DNA of 28,358 nt from an uncultured Bacteriovoracaceae bacterium (GTDB taxonomy: Bacteria; Bdellovibrionota; UBA1018). The stretch is from assembly GCA_964485835.1 (NCBI GenBank), contig CAZAKW010000003.1, positions 1 to 28,358 of the forward strand. Reading direction: 5' to 3'. The position numbers and the translations under genes were made by a program. The first letter of the stretch is position 1. Each line of letters begins with the position of its first letter. Shown here piece after piece: positions 14,905 through 22,385 of this stretch. The notes beneath the pieces were generated by a model. That model searched no databases, was not told the DNA's origin, and saw only the letters and a list, made by a program, of their open reading frames with translations.

Positions 14905-15723
14905 ATGTGGGACTGGGCGCGGATTCCATTTTTGTTTTCATTTTTTATCATTTCGCCGGCCGCGGCCGAACGATTCATTCTCTTCGATGAGCGTGGCGCC
15001 CAGGTTGAAACTTACGACGCGATTGTGCAAAGGCTTCGAAATGGCGATCGCGTCGTTTTTAGCGACGGCGTCGAGTATTCAATCTTAGGCGTCTTGGGCA
15101 ACGGAAATACGACCAAGATCCTAAAAATCGAAGGCGGCAAGGCATTAAGAATACCGCTAAAAAGCGGTCGATTCATAAATGAAATGGGACAAGAAGGCCC
15201 CCTTTATCGTGATTTTATCAACGAATTCGAAATGGGTTGGCGCTCTGCCAACGCCAACGGTGTAAAAATCATCCATTTTTACCCATACGAGTATAGGGCT
15301 GGCGAACGGGCCGTAGTTGACGCAATTGATGTAGCTTTCACGCTGGAAGATTTTTTATGGAAGAGAAATACGCTCAATCTAGATACCGTCTCCATCGAGG
15401 CGGTGACTAAGGAAGTGGTTGAATGGTTTTCTAGCACTTTTAAATATACTTATTTGGGCGATTTTAACGAGTCTCAAGTTTTATTCGACCTGAGAACACG
15501 AAAATTTATTCTAGGCGATATTACTGGGCATAACGTAGATGTCGTCTCTTTCATGATCAGAAACGAGATACGGCATTTGCCTGTGGAAAATATTTTGGTT
15601 CGTGAGGATCTGACTCAGGCGTATCCAGATAAACTCGATGATCAAATTTTCGAAGCGATTGAGACCGCACGCAGGTCTTGGACTGGGAGTTCGGAAATGT
15701 TTTGTCCGCTACTTTTAAAGTAA
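14905..15723 (+). CDS. Signal-peptide protein with a degenerate protein-kinase-like fold, low GC
   Basis: Signal-like MWDWARIPFLFSFFIISPAAA. Kinase-like motifs occur in the expected order: LGNGNTTKI, KALRIP, FINEF, KIIHFY, TLEDFL, LGDFNESQVLFD, FILGDI. Sampled 60-nt lines are 19/60 and 24/60 G+C. Confidence 0.7.
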   Translation: MWDWARIPFLFSFFIISPAAAERFILFDERGAQVETYDAIVQRLRNGDRVVFSDGVEYSILGVLGNGNTTKILKIEGGKALRIPLKSGRFINEMGQEGPLYRDFINEFEMGWRSANANGVKIIHFYPYEYRAGERAVVDAIDVAFTLEDFLWKRNTLNLDTVSIEAVTKEVVEWFSSTFKYTYLGDFNESQVLFDLRTRKFILGDITGHNVDVVSFMIRNEIRHLPVENILVREDLTQAYPDKLDDQIFEAIETARRSWTGSSEMFCPLLLK

Positions 15724-15724
15724 T

Positions 15725-15870
15725 GATTTCAGCGCGACCGCCACTCGCGATCTTTTGCTTTCGATCGACCAGAGCTTTCGGATCACGAGTTGAAAAGCGC
15801 GGCCGGCAGCGCCTAGATCGCGTGGTTCTTGGCGTCGAGCGCGGGACGACTGGATCCGCTTATGGGGATT
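15725..15870 (-). ncRNA. Candidate structured small RNA, convergent with the kinase-like gene
   Basis: A near-consensus sigma70 promoter lies upstream and there is no credible ORF. A ~110-nt multi-segment hairpin spans 15732-15842 (CGCGATCT/AGATCGCG, GCCA/TGGC, GAC/GTC, GCGC/GCGC). The boundaries are estimates and no family was recognised. Confidence 0.35.
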
Positions 15871-15876
15871 CTTAAA

Positions 15877-15905
15877 AAAATACGGTTGCAACAAGGAGTT
15901 GTCAA
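15877..15905 (-). promoter_or_regulatory. Sigma70-type promoter firing leftwards
   Basis: TTGACA(15905-15900)-N17-TATTTT(15882-15877). The -35 is embedded in a tandem 8-bp repeat GTCAAAAC x2 (15901-15916). Confidence 0.5.
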
Positions 15906-15909
15906 AACG

Positions 15910-16035
15910 TCAAAACAGGAAAGGGCCGACGATTTTCTCCCGGATCCGTGTGGGTTTAAAAAGCTTCACATACTCAGCGAGGAAGCGGAGATAAGCTTTT
16001 CCGGTCAAACATCGCTTCGGATCAGACATCTTCAT
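15910..16035 (-). CDS. Possible small protein of 41 aa, MKMSDPKRCLTGKAYLRFLAEYVKLFKPTRIREKIVGPFLF
   Basis: Translated by hand; it is below the ORF-track cutoff. It has an amphipathic helix-like core and no clear SD. Confidence 0.3.
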   Translation of the reverse strand: MKMSDPKRCLTGKAYLRFLAEYVKLFKPTRIREKIVGPFLF

Positions 16036-16098
16036 CGTCTTTCGCCACGGCACGAAACGCGGAAATCGTCGCCCATTCACCTGACAAAGTTCCGTGAT

Positions 16099-16125
16099 CG
16101 TCCACCGCTAGCGGTGGACGGTGGA
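16099..16125. repeat. Perfect 22-bp palindrome CGTCCACCGCTAGCGGTGGACG plus an extra copy of the right arm
   Basis: 16099-16120 is self-complementary. CGGTGGA is tandemly repeated (16112-16118 and 16119-16125). It lies about 60 nt downstream of the rsmB stop. Confidence 0.7.
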
Positions 16126-16182
16126 TTGGGAGGACTTTCAGTTCAATTCCGCACAACAGCCCGGTCAACGAGGCGGTCTCGT

Positions 16183-17451
16183 TCAGATTTTTTCCAAGAT
16201 TGCGCCGTAAAACCCATCCGTGGACGGCGTCTGATGGGGACCCAGTTCAAACTCCTCAAGGAGGCGAACGGCAGGAACCTTCGCATGTACCCATTCCCGA
16301 ACCCGCTCCCGCCCTTCTTCGGCAAAGAGCGAACAGACACTGTAGAAAACTAATCCGGAAGGCGTCACGGATTCGATGGCCTCGCCTAAGAGCTTGCGCT
16401 GGATTTCGACCAGCGCGACAAGATCCGCTTCCTTGCGAAGCCAACGAACATCCGGATGGCGACGAAGAATTCCCGAACCGCTGCACGGCGCATCGACCCA
16501 AACGGCCGGATAGGGAGCGTGGTTTCCAATTTCATTTTCCGAGAGGATCGCTACGCTAGGAGCCGCTCGCGATATCGTCTCCTCTAGAATTTTTCTCCGA
16601 GCGTCGCTTGCGTCCGCAGCGAAAACTTTCGTCCCAAGCCACGCCATCGAAACACTTTTCCCGCCGGGGGCCGCGCATCGATCCAAAATGGTCGGCTCGC
16701 CTCCTCGCTTCCGAAGCGCCTCGACGAACCGATTCACCAGCGTCTGACTTGCGAGATCCTGAACGATCCACTGCCCTTCGGAATAGCCTGGGAACTGGGC
16801 GATGCCGCCTGATTCCGTTGCGTCTTCCGCCAAACGGGCCGAATGCGGGATCGGCCCCGGCTGGAGAAAAGACGGACGTTTGCTTTCTTCACGCACCCGA
16901 AACCAGATTTCAGGACGCTCAAGCGATGCGCTGGCGATCTGGCAGGCTTTTTCGTAGCCGTGAGCTGTTTCCCACTTCTTCCACCACCACGCCGGCAAGC
17001 TTGCCCACGCGGACTTCGTATCGAGGCTCGCGGAGACGCCGGGATCGCGGGGATGCTTCCATTCCGAGCGCGCCTCACCCACTTTACGCAAAAGGGCGTT
17101 CGCGAATTTCGCCGGAAACTCGCCCTCTTCCGCTTTAATAAAATCTACGGTCTCGGAAACGACGGTCGCTGGAAAAACCCGGTCTTGGTAAAGAAGCTGA
17201 TAAACGGCGAGTTGAAGAATTTTACGGATTTTTCCGGCCGGTTTTTTCTTGAGGGAATAGGAGTCGATCACCAAATCGAGCCTCCGCAGAGTGCGAAGCA
17301 CGCCACTTGTGATTTCTGTCAGCCAGGCTCGGTCCGGCACGGCCACGTTATGGCGAGAACACGTCAGCTCAATTGCGTCGTCCAATGTCCGGGAGTTCGC
17401 AAGGACATCGGTCAGAATCTGGAGCGCGGCTTTTCTAGGTACGATTCGCAT
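16183..17451 (-). CDS. rsmB: 16S rRNA m5C967 methyltransferase RsmB/Sun (NusB-like domain plus methyltransferase domain)
   Basis: NusB-like N-terminus (LQLAVYQLLY...VSETV...FANALLRKV), VQDLASQ, LDRCAAPGGKS, VDAPCSGSGILRRHPD, YSVCS and DGFYGA. Confidence 0.9.
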   Translation of the reverse strand: MRIVPRKAALQILTDVLANSRTLDDAIELTCSRHNVAVPDRAWLTEITSGVLRTLRRLDLVIDSYSLKKKPAGKIRKILQLAVYQLLYQDRVFPATVVSETVDFIKAEEGEFPAKFANALLRKVGEARSEWKHPRDPGVSASLDTKSAWASLPAWWWKKWETAHGYEKACQIASASLERPEIWFRVREESKRPSFLQPGPIPHSARLAEDATESGGIAQFPGYSEGQWIVQDLASQTLVNRFVEALRKRGGEPTILDRCAAPGGKSVSMAWLGTKVFAADASDARRKILEETISRAAPSVAILSENEIGNHAPYPAVWVDAPCSGSGILRRHPDVRWLRKEADLVALVEIQRKLLGEAIESVTPSGLVFYSVCSLFAEEGRERVREWVHAKVPAVRLLEEFELGPHQTPSTDGFYGAILEKI

Positions 17452-17463
17452 CGGCTAGCCCTA

Positions 17464-18537
17464 TCAGAGCGCGCCTTTCCAGATCCAGTAGATTCCCGGC
17501 TCAAGCAAGGAACGGACGGGATCGAGGCCGACAGCTTTTTGCAAGGTCGTGACGATTCGGCCGTCCCCAGCCCGGGACTCTGTCGCCTCTCGATCGGGAT
17601 CGTATCCCATCTGTTCCTCGATGAACTCGAGGATACCGCGTTTCTTTTTCTCTTCTTTGATGATTCGAGGCTTCCCCGTGATGTTGCCCAGCTTTGCGGC
17701 GGCGGCGATGGCAGCATCGATCCCTCCCAGATGGTCGACCAGCCCGGCGGCGTGGGCTTGGGCGCCGGAAAAGACCCGTCCATCCGCAAGCGGACCGACT
17801 TGCTCGAGACTCATTTTTCTCCCGGCCGCCACGGCGGTTTTAAACTGGAGAAGGACATCGTCCACCATGGCTTGTAGCAATGCACGCTCTTCGTCCTGCA
17901 TTTCCCGGTATTCGGCGCCGGCGTCCTTGAACTTTCCCGTCTTAATCGAAAACCGCTTCACTTTCGCCCATTCGTAAAGTTTTTCGAGATTGGCGAATTC
18001 CATGATCACCCCGATCGAGCCGGTAATACTTCCCGCATTCGCAAAGACCTGATCACCAGCGACTGCGATGTAGTATCCACCGCTGGCCGCGACACTTCCC
18101 ATCGAGGCGACTTTTGGTTTCGGAAAGGCTTTCAACGCATCGTAAATCTCCTGGGAAGGCGCCACGGCGCCTCCCGGAGAATCGATTCGAACGACGATTG
18201 CTTTGACATCGGGATTCTCTTTGAATTCTTCCAGGGACCGCAGCGTTTTCTCGGAACTCATAATCACGCCTTTCACCGTGAGCAGACCGATGCCTTCCTT
18301 CCCAAACAAGGACTTTCCCGCGACCTTGTTCGTTCCGTCCAAACCGCGTGAGAAGAATACGAACGAACCCAAAACGAACAAGACAAAAAACAAACCCGAA
18401 ATCACGAAGACCAGAATCAGCGGACGCCAACTCGTCTTTCCACGAGAGGGAAGGTCCGCGGTACGGGTGGGCGGCACCGACGCCGCCGCGGTCGAGGGAT
18501 CCGAAATCAAAGAAGGTTCGTTGTCGTTCGGGTTCAT
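17464..18537 (-). CDS. sppA: Signal peptide peptidase SppA (S49, short form)
   Basis: N-terminal TM helix, VRIDSPGGAV, SMGSVAASGGYYIA (catalytic Ser), GSITGSIGVI, KTGKFKD and DGRVFSG. Confidence 0.92.
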   Translation of the reverse strand: MNPNDNEPSLISDPSTAAASVPPTRTADLPSRGKTSWRPLILVFVISGLFFVLFVLGSFVFFSRGLDGTNKVAGKSLFGKEGIGLLTVKGVIMSSEKTLRSLEEFKENPDVKAIVVRIDSPGGAVAPSQEIYDALKAFPKPKVASMGSVAASGGYYIAVAGDQVFANAGSITGSIGVIMEFANLEKLYEWAKVKRFSIKTGKFKDAGAEYREMQDEERALLQAMVDDVLLQFKTAVAAGRKMSLEQVGPLADGRVFSGAQAHAAGLVDHLGGIDAAIAAAAKLGNITGKPRIIKEEKKKRGILEFIEEQMGYDPDREATESRAGDGRIVTTLQKAVGLDPVRSLLEPGIYWIWKGAL

Positions 18538-18573
18538 CCTACTAAATCTCCGTTTGGGGAATGTGCAACCCTA

Positions 18574-19170
18574 CTAGAATCCGAAGGCGATCCCGGCCAT
18601 GAGGGCGTAATCACGAGTCTTGCTCGATCCCGCGGACTTATCGAGATCTTTCAAACCAAAATTGTAATTCAGATCGACTAAGAAATCTGTAAGGGGTGCG
18701 AGCGGAAAATGGGCTCTTGCGCTCAGTTTCGCGCCCAGGTCCGTCGTTTCGCCGGCAGTAGTGCGCTTACCATTGGGAACGAGCACGGAGTTCGATTCTG
18801 TTACTTCGATTTCGTCACCTAACATCGCGTAATAGAGTCCGGCCCCCACGCTCAAAACCGGAAGCGCCGTGAAGCGCAACATGACGGGAATTTCCCATCC
18901 GCGTGAAGAGGCGACGTAACCGGATCCCGCCGCCTCGAACTTCGACTTTTTGCCAACGGACAAGATCCCGGCTTCGATATCAAAGAGAGGCAACATCGGC
19001 AGCTGGGCGGTAGCCCCGTATGAAAATGCGGCTTTTGAAGAAACCACGCTGCCGCCACTGGTGCTCTGGTCCGCGAAATTCACCCCCCCCAGGACGTTCA
19101 CCTTCACCACCGCGTTCGCATTAACCGAGCTGAGGGCGACCCAACCGAGAACCATAAGCATCTTTTTCAT
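18574..19170 (-). CDS. Small outer-membrane beta-barrel protein
   Basis: Signal peptide ending ANA, alternating hydrophobic strands (WEIPVMLRF, DLNYNFGL) and a C-terminal beta-signal YALMAGIAFGF. AGGAG SD. Confidence 0.85.
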   Translation of the reverse strand: MKKMLMVLGWVALSSVNANAVVKVNVLGGVNFADQSTSGGSVVSSKAAFSYGATAQLPMLPLFDIEAGILSVGKKSKFEAAGSGYVASSRGWEIPVMLRFTALPVLSVGAGLYYAMLGDEIEVTESNSVLVPNGKRTTAGETTDLGAKLSARAHFPLAPLTDFLVDLNYNFGLKDLDKSAGSSKTRDYALMAGIAFGF

Positions 19171-19231
19171 TCTGTAATCTCCTGTGCGCTGATCTTCGGA
19201 AGGATCGTCCCAAATGACAAGCCGTTTTCAT

Positions 19232-19270
19232 CAAAAGAAAACGCCCCGGAGGATTCCTCCGGGGCGTTTT
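19232..19270 (-). terminator. Rho-independent terminator of rpsA (potentially bidirectional)
   Basis: AAAACGCCCCGGAGG-att-CCTCCGGGGCGTTTT is a 15-bp perfect stem (19238-19270), followed on the minus strand by TTTTCTTTT. It lies 25 nt after the rpsA stop. Confidence 0.9.
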
Positions 19271-19295
19271 GATTCAAAGACTTTTAACTTTTGAG

Positions 19296-21110
19296 TTACT
19301 CGCCTTTTTTATCTTTATCGAGAGCAGCCTTGAGCTTGTCGCCCAAGAGATCTCCCATGGAGGTCTTCTTCGAAGCGTCGCCGGCGTACGAGGTGTACGC
19401 GCTGCGCTCTTCCGTACGTCCGAGTTGCTTGATCGAAAGACCGATGCGGCGCTCCTTCGGCTCGATGGAGAGAATCTCCGCGCGGACGTTGTCGTCCACT
19501 TTGAGCACGTCGGCAGGCTTTTCGATCCGGTGATCGGCGATCTCGGAAACGTAGATTAATCCTTCCACGCCTTCTTCGATCTCAACGAACGCGCCGAAGT
19601 CCGTGAGCTTCGTCACTTTACCTTCGATCGGCTGGCCGACTTTGTAGCGGGCTTTGAGCGAATCCCAAGGGTCTCGCTCAAGCTGCTTCACGCCGAGCGA
19701 GAACTTCTCGTTGGCTTTGTCGATGCCAAGAACGACGGCTTTGACCTTGTCGCCTTTCTTGTACTTTTCGGAAGGATGGTTGAATTTCTTCGTCCAAGCC
19801 AAATCCGAAACGTGGATCAAGCCGTCGATGCCCATGCCGATGTCCACGAACACGCCGAAGTCGGTAACCGACTTGACTTCCGCTTCTTCAACCATGGATC
19901 CGATCGGGAACTTGATCTCGAGTTGGTCCCAAGGATTTTCTTGGAGCTGCTTGAGGCCCAAGGAAATACGCTTGGCTTTGGTGTCGACTTCGAGAACTTT
20001 GCATTCCACTTCGTCGCCCACGTTGAGGACTTTGGAAGGGTGCTTCACGCGCTCGGTCCAGGACATTTCGGATACGTGAATAAGTCCTTCGACTCCACCT
20101 TCGAGCTCCACGAATGCGCCGTAGTCCTTGAGGGAAACGACTTTCCCTTTGACGATCATGGCGACCGGATACTTGAATTCGGCATCGTCCCATGGGTTTG
20201 CGGAGATCTGCTTCAAGCCGAGCGATACGCGTTCTTTTTCGCGATCGTACTTGAGGATCTTCACTTTCACTTCGTCGCCCACCGCGAACATTTCGCTTGG
20301 GTGCTTGATGCGGCCCCAGCTCATGTCGGTGATATGGAGAAGTCCGTCCATGCCGCCGAGGTCGATGAACGCGCCGTATTCCGTGATGTTCTTCACGGTA
20401 CCGGCGACGACCATTCCTTCTTGGAGGTTGGCGAGGGTTTCAGCCCGTTGCAGTTCACGCTCTTGGGCAACGACAGCACGGCGGGAAAGCACGATGTTAC
20501 CGCGCTTTTTATTGAACTTGATGATCTTAAACTTCAAGCGTTTGCCGACAAACTTGTCCAGGTTCTTGACTGGCTTCGTGTCGAGCTGGGATCCCGGAAG
20601 GAATGCCTTCACGCCGATGTCGACGGAGAGCCCGCCTTTCACCTTCGCGATGACCATCCCTTCGACGAGCTGGTCTGCTTCGCAAGCGGCCGAGATCTCG
20701 TCCCAAGCGCGGATGATTTCCGCTTTGTCTTTGGAGAGAAGCATGAAGCCGTTTTCCATCTCCATCCGTTCGATGTAGACGGGAACGACGTCGCCGACGT
20801 TCACTTGCGCAACGCCTTGGGCGTCTTTGAATTCCTGAGTCGGGACAAGGCCTTCGCTCTTGTAACCGATATCGACGGTAATGTATTCCGAGCTGATCGA
20901 AATGACGGTGCCGTCAACGACTTCGCCTTCTTTGATTTCTCCGGTTTGTTCCGTCGCCTTGAACATCTCTTCGAAGTCTTCAGCGGTGTTTAGTTTTTTC
21001 GCGGTCGTTTCTTCTTCGCCTAGGAAAGCGGAGAAGTCGTCCATCCAAGATTGGTTCTTAGGTGGGTTTTTCTTTTGGGTATCGTTACCCGTCGTTTGCT
21101 TAGTGGCCAT
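19296..21110 (-). CDS. rpsA: 30S ribosomal protein S1
   Basis: Six S1 repeats (VDIGYKSEG; FLPGSQLD; DYGAFVELEGGVEGLIHVSEMSW; DFGVFVDIG..IDGLIHVSDLAW and others); 604 aa. Confidence 0.98.
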   Translation of the reverse strand: MATKQTTGNDTQKKNPPKNQSWMDDFSAFLGEEETTAKKLNTAEDFEEMFKATEQTGEIKEGEVVDGTVISISSEYITVDIGYKSEGLVPTQEFKDAQGVAQVNVGDVVPVYIERMEMENGFMLLSKDKAEIIRAWDEISAACEADQLVEGMVIAKVKGGLSVDIGVKAFLPGSQLDTKPVKNLDKFVGKRLKFKIIKFNKKRGNIVLSRRAVVAQERELQRAETLANLQEGMVVAGTVKNITEYGAFIDLGGMDGLLHITDMSWGRIKHPSEMFAVGDEVKVKILKYDREKERVSLGLKQISANPWDDAEFKYPVAMIVKGKVVSLKDYGAFVELEGGVEGLIHVSEMSWTERVKHPSKVLNVGDEVECKVLEVDTKAKRISLGLKQLQENPWDQLEIKFPIGSMVEEAEVKSVTDFGVFVDIGMGIDGLIHVSDLAWTKKFNHPSEKYKKGDKVKAVVLGIDKANEKFSLGVKQLERDPWDSLKARYKVGQPIEGKVTKLTDFGAFVEIEEGVEGLIYVSEIADHRIEKPADVLKVDDNVRAEILSIEPKERRIGLSIKQLGRTEERSAYTSYAGDASKKTSMGDLLGDKLKAALDKDKKGE

Positions 21111-21125
21111 GGAGTTTGAACTCCC
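21111..21125 (-). promoter_or_regulatory. Hairpin sequestering the rpsA Shine-Dalgarno sequence
   Basis: The minus strand reads GGGAGT-TCAA-ACTCC-ATG. GGAGT pairs with the ACTCC immediately before the start codon. Confidence 0.5.
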
Positions 21126-21215
21126 TTTTCGACTCGCATCCCGGGCCCTGCCGCCTCATTCCGCAAAGCAGAAATTAAGAGACGAACTCGAGCAGATTCG
21201 GGTGGAGAGAGACTT

Positions 21216-21244
21216 GATATAGGAAGGATTCCGCGGAATGTCGA
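21216..21244 (-). promoter_or_regulatory. Sigma70-like promoter candidate for rpsA
   Basis: TCGACA-N17-TATATC, which would give a leader of about 100 nt. Confidence 0.35.
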
Positions 21245-21369
21245 GAACCAATCTCCTTGGGAATATTGAGCTTTCTGCCGCCAACTCAAATATAGCCGCC
21301 TTATAGGACCTTTTAATGCGCCATGACATTAAGGGTCTGACAAAATCAAAAAAAAGAGAGGTTGGTTTT

Positions 21370-21398
21370 TTGACAGAATTTTAGATCGCGGTTAGCGT
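21370..21398 (+). promoter_or_regulatory. Sigma70-type promoter for the metalloprotease gene
   Basis: TTGACA(21370-21375)-N17-TAGCGT(21393-21398), with an A/T-rich upstream tract. Confidence 0.55.
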
Positions 21399-21418
21399 TT
21401 TTTCTGGCGCTGTAGCCA

Positions 21419-21438
21419 ACGTTCCACTGATGGAACGT
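21419..21438. promoter_or_regulatory. Perfect inverted repeat ACGTTCCA-CTGA-TGGAACGT in the metalloprotease leader
   Basis: 8-bp arms with a 4-nt spacer, between the predicted promoter and the SD. It could be an operator or an mRNA hairpin. Confidence 0.45.
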
Positions 21439-21455
21439 CGAAATTGGGGGAACAA

Positions 21456-22385
21456 TTGAATAAAGTACTCACCGGCATCCTTGCCGCAGTGACCGCATTT
21501 CCGGTTTCTGTAGCAATGGCATGTACGTCTAATGGTAAAGAGGGCATTTTTCCAGAGAACGACCTTTATATCCCAGCGAGCCGCTTCGCGGCATACTCGA
21601 CCACGAAGGAAGAGTTTCACAACGCGGTAGCCAAGGTTCAAAGAGTTTATGAAAGCTCGTTCACCAGCCGCGGACGCCAATTCAAAATCATCGCGGACTG
21701 GGAAGACGGGACCGTCAATGCGTACGCCAATCAAAAAGGCAATGTTTCCGAAGTCCACATGTTCGGCGGCTTAGCCCGGCACGAAAAAGTCACCAAAGAC
21801 GGCTTCATGCTCGTAATCTGCCACGAAACCGGTCACCACATCGGCGGAGTGCCGAAAAAAGGCGGCATGTGGGCAACGAACGAAGGCCAGTCCGACTATT
21901 TCGCGACCCTTAAATGCGCACGCGAGATCTGGAAAGACGAAGACAACGTAGCGCTCGTCGCCGCGATGGAAATTCCGCAAGTCGTGACGGAACGCTGCCA
22001 AAAAGGCTTCGATACCGCCGAAGATCTCGCGCTCTGTGAGCGCGCGGCCGTGGCCGGTAAGTCCCTTGCCGACACGCTGGCTTCGCTTCGGAAGACGGGC
22101 GATACCGATTTCGAAAAACCGGATCCAAAACAAGTTCGTACGACCGACTCCAACCATCCCGCCGCCCAATGCCGGTTGGACACCTATTTCGCAGGCGCAG
22201 TTTGCCCGAAATCCAAAGACATAGCCGTGTCCGACAGCGATCCTAAAATCGGGACCTGCGCAGCGGAACTGGGTGAAGTACTGGGGGTTCGGCCCCTCTG
22301 TTGGTACGCGCTTGAAGGCAGCACGCCGCCTCCGGGGCCAGAGCGTCCGGGCTCGAAATGGCCGACTCTCGGCGCTCGTAAGTAG
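21456..22385 (+). CDS. Secreted zincin (HExxH) metalloprotease-like protein, Cys-rich
   Basis: TTG 21456 follows a GGGGGA SD and gives the signal peptide MNKVLTGILAAVTAFPVSVAMA. Motifs VNAYA, FGGLARH, CHETGHHIGG and NEGQSDYFA; 9 Cys. Confidence 0.82.
   Translation: MNKVLTGILAAVTAFPVSVAMACTSNGKEGIFPENDLYIPASRFAAYSTTKEEFHNAVAKVQRVYESSFTSRGRQFKIIADWEDGTVNAYANQKGNVSEVHMFGGLARHEKVTKDGFMLVICHETGHHIGGVPKKGGMWATNEGQSDYFATLKCAREIWKDEDNVALVAAMEIPQVVTERCQKGFDTAEDLALCERAAVAGKSLADTLASLRKTGDTDFEKPDPKQVRTTDSNHPAAQCRLDTYFAGAVCPKSKDIAVSDSDPKIGTCAAELGEVLGVRPLCWYALEGSTPPPGPERPGSKWPTLGARK

Noticed and set aside
14732-14941. 69-aa minus-strand ORF between the two plus-strand secreted genes
   Set aside because: It overlaps both neighbours, has no SD and no recognisable similarity. 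A gene remnant cannot be excluded but is unsupported.
15829-16353. 174-aa plus-strand ORF in the intergenic gap
   Set aside because: Arg/Ser-rich non-protein-like composition, overlaps the rsmB 3' end, and crosses promoter and palindrome elements.
16843-17877. 344-aa plus-strand ORF opposite rsmB/sppA, and similar shadows at 24927..25793, 12546..13190 and 21771..22433
   Set aside because: They fully overlap well-supported genes on the other strand and have no recognisable domain or SD.
19776-20993. 405-aa plus-strand ORF (and 20128..20778, 19654..20079) opposite rpsA
   Set aside because: Antisense shadow of a highly codon-biased gene in a GC-rich genome, with no motifs.
21421-21436. Resemblance of GTTCCA-N4-TGGAAC to parS, and of TGGAAC to a sigma54 -24 box
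   Set aside because: parS has a 2-nt core between these half-sites, not 4. There is no GC at the required GG-N10-GC spacing for sigma54.
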